Positions 57,604 to 59,829 of a DNA stretch of 59,829 nucleotides are shown here, piece by piece. Each line of letters starts with the position of its first letter. Positions within the stretch are counted from its first letter, which is position 1. A model generated the notes under the pieces. It was not told the origin of the DNA. It made no database searches and saw only the letters and a program-made list of their open reading frames with translations. This DNA is from Patescibacteria group bacterium (GTDB taxonomy: Bacteria > Patescibacteriota > Minisyncoccia > Phycocordibacterales > UBA918). The stretch covers positions 112,554 to 172,382 of the forward strand of contig JAZKFU010000003.1 of NCBI GenBank assembly GCA_040386275.1, written 5' to 3'. The position numbers and the translations under genes were made by a program.

Positions 57604-57937
57604 GGTCGGGTGCTTGAGGGCAGGCTCGGTCACGAGTTACTAAGTATATTTGTGCATTGCGTGCAAATTCTACTAGGTGTTCTCGACCCGAGAAACAGTG
57701 CCTAAACACTGTTTCTCCCGCTGTTTCGGCTCTAGGAAGAGCCAAAACATGCCTGTGCCTTTCGTTTCTTACAGAAACTGTATACCTTGTCGCTACTTTT
57801 ACATTTCATTCCAAAGTAGCTGGCAAGGTCTTGCAGAGTGACATTGGGTCACTCTTCACCCGCACGTAACTGACATTGGTCAGTTGCTCCCCAAGCACCG
57901 GGTACAGAAATAGCCCCTTGCGGGGCTTTCTGTACGC
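57604..57937 (-). repeat. tRNA-Phe trailer element containing the 25-nt hairpin, module B and module A plus a distal direct copy of the tRNA 3' end
   Basis: Hairpin 57864-57888; module B 57761-57830; module A 57628-57760; GGTGCTTGAGGGCAGGCTC (57609-57627) versus tRNA GGTGCTTGGGGGCGGGCTC (17/19). Confidence 0.88.
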
Positions 57938-58012
57938 GGTGCTTGGGGGCGGGCTCGAACCGCCGACCCCTTCCTCTTCAGGGAAATGCTCTACCAACTG
58001 AGCTACCCAAGC
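57938..58012 (-). tRNA. tRNA-Phe(GAA)
   Basis: Reverse complement GCTTGGGTAGCTCAGTTGGTAGAGCATTTCCCTGAAGAGGAAGGGGTCGGCGGTTCGAGCCCGCCCCCAAGCACC. Confidence 0.95.
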
Positions 58013-58109
58013 GTGCTGTGGCGGACTATGATGGCTTTTGACCTTCTTAGAACGTACCCGCCATTGTACCTGTTTCTTGATTTATTTCAACCAAATATCA
58101 AGGCATGTT

Positions 58110-58403
58110 CTACTGCTGTCCCTGATAGATTTTTAACGCTTCCTGGAGAAGTTCGTAGTTACTCGTACTTTGGGTCTCAGTGCCTCCAAAATTGCTCATA
58201 AAGGCATTGTAGAGGTAATAGTAGGCAAAGAGTGGTAAGCCGAGCAATACCACGTACCAGGCGATTTTAAACCAAAATTGCCGAATCTCCCTGCGGTCAA
58301 TTTTTTGTAATAATTCGTGATTAGCTACGAGCAACTCATGGTTTGCCTTGGTAAGCTCTAGAATGGTTTCTGCCTCTTGTTTTTCCGGTAATTCTGGATT
58401 CAT
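58110..58403 (-). CDS. small single-TM hypothetical protein
   Basis: ILELTKANHELL..I.RR...WFKIAWYVVLLGLP. Confidence 0.7.
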   Translation of the reverse strand: MNPELPEKQEAETILELTKANHELLVANHELLQKIDRREIRQFWFKIAWYVVLLGLPLFAYYYLYNAFMSNFGGTETQSTSNYELLQEALKIYQGQQ

Positions 58404-58449
58404 ATCAATACAGTATAGCAGAGGAAATTATGCTAAAATGCCCGCACTT

Positions 58450-58521
58450 GCCCACATAGCTCAATGGATAGAGCTACTCCGTCCTAAGGAGAGGATCCTG
58501 GTTCGATTCCGGGTGCGGGCA
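58450..58521 (+). tRNA. tRNA-Arg(CCT)
   Basis: GCCCACA TA GCTC AATGGATA GAGC T ACTCC GTCCTAA GGAGA GGAT CCTGG TTCGATT CCGGG TGCGGGC A; A5.C68 mismatch. Confidence 0.9.
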
Positions 58522-58704
58522 CATTGATGCAAACTAATAAACACTCTTCAAAAAGAAGAGTGTTTATTAGTTTAGCAAGCAACCTGCGTTGCTTGCGGGC
58601 ATCAATGTGAGACGGAGTCATGTTTTCTCCTCCTTCCTAGAGGAGGAAACAGACGAGTCCGGTGAGGAAGTTCTTATGAGTGTCAGCGAATTAGAAACTT
58701 GACC
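58522..58704 (+). repeat. tRNA-Arg trailer element (long palindrome, 25-nt hairpin, module A variant)
   Basis: Hairpin 58574-58598; AGACGGAGTCATGT at 58610; TTATGAGTGTCAGCGAATT shared with the Val element. Confidence 0.85.
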
Positions 58705-58723
58705 CCAAATTCGAATGTTCTAG

Positions 58724-58960
58724 CTACGCTGCCAACAACTCTTTAACCTTTGCTTCGTCAAACCCCACTACAAGGTCATCACCAATACGGATTACTGGTA
58801 CGCCCATTTGACCACTGAGGTCTACCATTTCGGCTCGCTTATCCATGTCACTGGCTACATCATGCTCAGTAAAAGCAATATTATTTTCTGCAAAAAAATC
58901 CTTTGCCATATGACAGAAGTGGCAGACGGGAGTGCTGTAGATGGTTACTGTTTTGTCCAT
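58724..58960 (-). CDS. glutaredoxin-like (NrdH/YruB family) redoxin
   Basis: VTIYSTPVCHFC, GQMGVPVI. Confidence 0.92.
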   Translation of the reverse strand: MDKTVTIYSTPVCHFCHMAKDFFAENNIAFTEHDVASDMDKRAEMVDLSGQMGVPVIRIGDDLVVGFDEAKVKELLAA

Positions 58961-58999
58961 AAAATTGTATTAACTAGTTAAGTTGCTATAGTATATCAC

Positions 59000-59371
59000 T
59001 CACCAAAATTTGTACCAAGGTTTGTCGTCGACCGTCGGCGTCAATGGTTCAATATCAGGCTTTTTTTCTTCATCTAGAATAATCACCACCTGTTCTCCGG
59101 GTCGGGCGACATCAAAGTTACGACGCATTTCGGCTTCAATTCCCCGTTCGTTACTTAAATACTGCACTTTCTTTTCTAGTTCGGCTCGTCTGTCCTCTAG
59201 TTGTTGTAATTGCACCGCTGCTTCCATCCGTCTGGCGACCATATCCTGCTCTATTGAGTAGCGTTGATACACAACCGACATCATAAACAGGATAATAATA
59301 GCTAATATTCCTAACGCTAACGGAGAATGGAGCCAGGCACGCAGGGTACGCTTTTGGTAAAATTGCAGCAT
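59000..59371 (-). CDS. septum formation initiator (FtsB/DivIC-like)
   Basis: TM helix + coiled coil + GIEAEMRRNFDVARPGEQVVII. Confidence 0.8.
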   Translation of the reverse strand: MLQFYQKRTLRAWLHSPLALGILAIIILFMMSVVYQRYSIEQDMVARRMEAAVQLQQLEDRRAELEKKVQYLSNERGIEAEMRRNFDVARPGEQVVIILDEEKKPDIEPLTPTVDDKPWYKFW

Positions 59372-59400
59372 ATGGTAATATTGTACCATCAATTTAATAT

Positions 59401-59510
59401 ATGAGTCCCGTTAGAAATAATGGACTTGCATATTATTTAAGTCGGCATTTATCAGATATTAATCTTGGGAAGCAAACCTTGGTTTGCAACCCATTTCTAA
59501 CGGGATGAGT
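59401..59510. mobile_element. MITE-like 98-bp element with 12-bp terminal inverted repeats and 6-bp flanking direct repeat
   Basis: ATGAGT[CCCGTTAGAAAT (59407-59418) ... ATTTCTAACGGG (59493-59504)]ATGAGT. Confidence 0.55.
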
Positions 59511-59618
59511 TTCCTATATCACAAAAACACCAAACGAGCGATAAAGTATGTCTGGATCGTAGTAGCATCATTGATAATCCTAAGTATGTTATTCGCATAT
59601 TCAGGCGGAATGGGCTAA
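59505..59618 (+). CDS. 37-aa single-TM small protein
   Basis: MSFLYHKNTKRAIKYVWIVVASLIILSMLFAYSGGMG; basic N-terminus plus TM helix; below the ORF-track cutoff. Confidence 0.6.
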   Translation: MSFLYHKNTKRAIKYVWIVVASLIILSMLFAYSGGMG

Positions 59619-59760
59619 ATCGAACAAATTTTACTTCGTCTACTTTGTCGCGATGCAAGAAATAATAGTCATCGTATAGACATACGCCTCCCATTATTTC
59701 TCTTCCGCTTCGCGTATCCAAAGCAAAATATGTCCGATTTAAAAATTAAAATTTATTTAG

Positions 59761-59800
59761 AAAAACAAAACCAGTCACGTGTGTGACTGGTTTTGTTTTT
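59761..59800. terminator. intrinsic terminator hairpin
   Basis: AAAACAAAACCAGTCAC...GTGACTGGTTTTGTTTT. Confidence 0.7.
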
Positions 59801-59829
59801 GCTGCATCAAATCAAAAGTGATTTATTTT

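Noticed and set aside
20044-58704. CRISPR array interpretation of the recurring palindromes
   Set aside because: The repeats are dispersed, not regularly spaced with unique spacers, and no cas genes are seen.
59497-59721. 74-aa minus-strand ORF
   Set aside because: Overlaps the more plausible plus-strand 37-aa TM ORF and has no motif support.
1-59829. Alternative genetic code (UGA=Gly, code 25) as in Gracilibacteria/Absconditabacteria
   Set aside because: Conserved genes are full length under code 11, and several genes end in TGA with ATGA overlaps (e.g. 4960-4963, 6504-6507).

Overview
Chromosomal segment of a small-genome bacterium, most likely Patescibacteria/CPR and Parcubacteria-like. 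This is inferred from a short IF-2, a ValRS without its C-terminal coiled coil, tandem VirB2/TrbC-type pilins, a degenerate HisRS paralog and many apparently leaderless genes; the standard code 11 is used. Housekeeping genes include clpB, iscS, infB, rbfA, trhO, gyrA, rpsA, pth, lepB, rpsU, ybeY, ftsA, ftsZ, trxB, engB, bcp, tsaD and valS, and there are 9 canonical tRNAs. The left end holds a glycan locus: a DPM1-like GT2, a LAB_N-GH8 fusion, a cellulose-synthase-like GT2, a GT39/ArnT-like GT-C and a convergent GH6. The most striking signal is non-coding. Seven of the nine tRNAs, plus ftsZ, are followed by modular fold-back elements of about 120-330 bp. These are built from a locus-specific inverted copy of the upstream sequence or tRNA 3' strand, a conserved 24-26 nt 'AG-8bp stem-loop-CG(T/G)' bulged hairpin, one or both of two covarying structured modules (A, B), and often a distal direct copy of the tRNA 3' end. 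Other non-coding signals are a second dispersed palindromic repeat family (GAGCCGTAC...GTACGGTGAG), a tRNA-like RNA with a CAU loop directly upstream of tsaD, an HNH gene running into tRNA-Leu, and a MITE-like element with TIR and TSD. All calls were made by eye from the sequence and ORF track; no database searches or folding programs were run.
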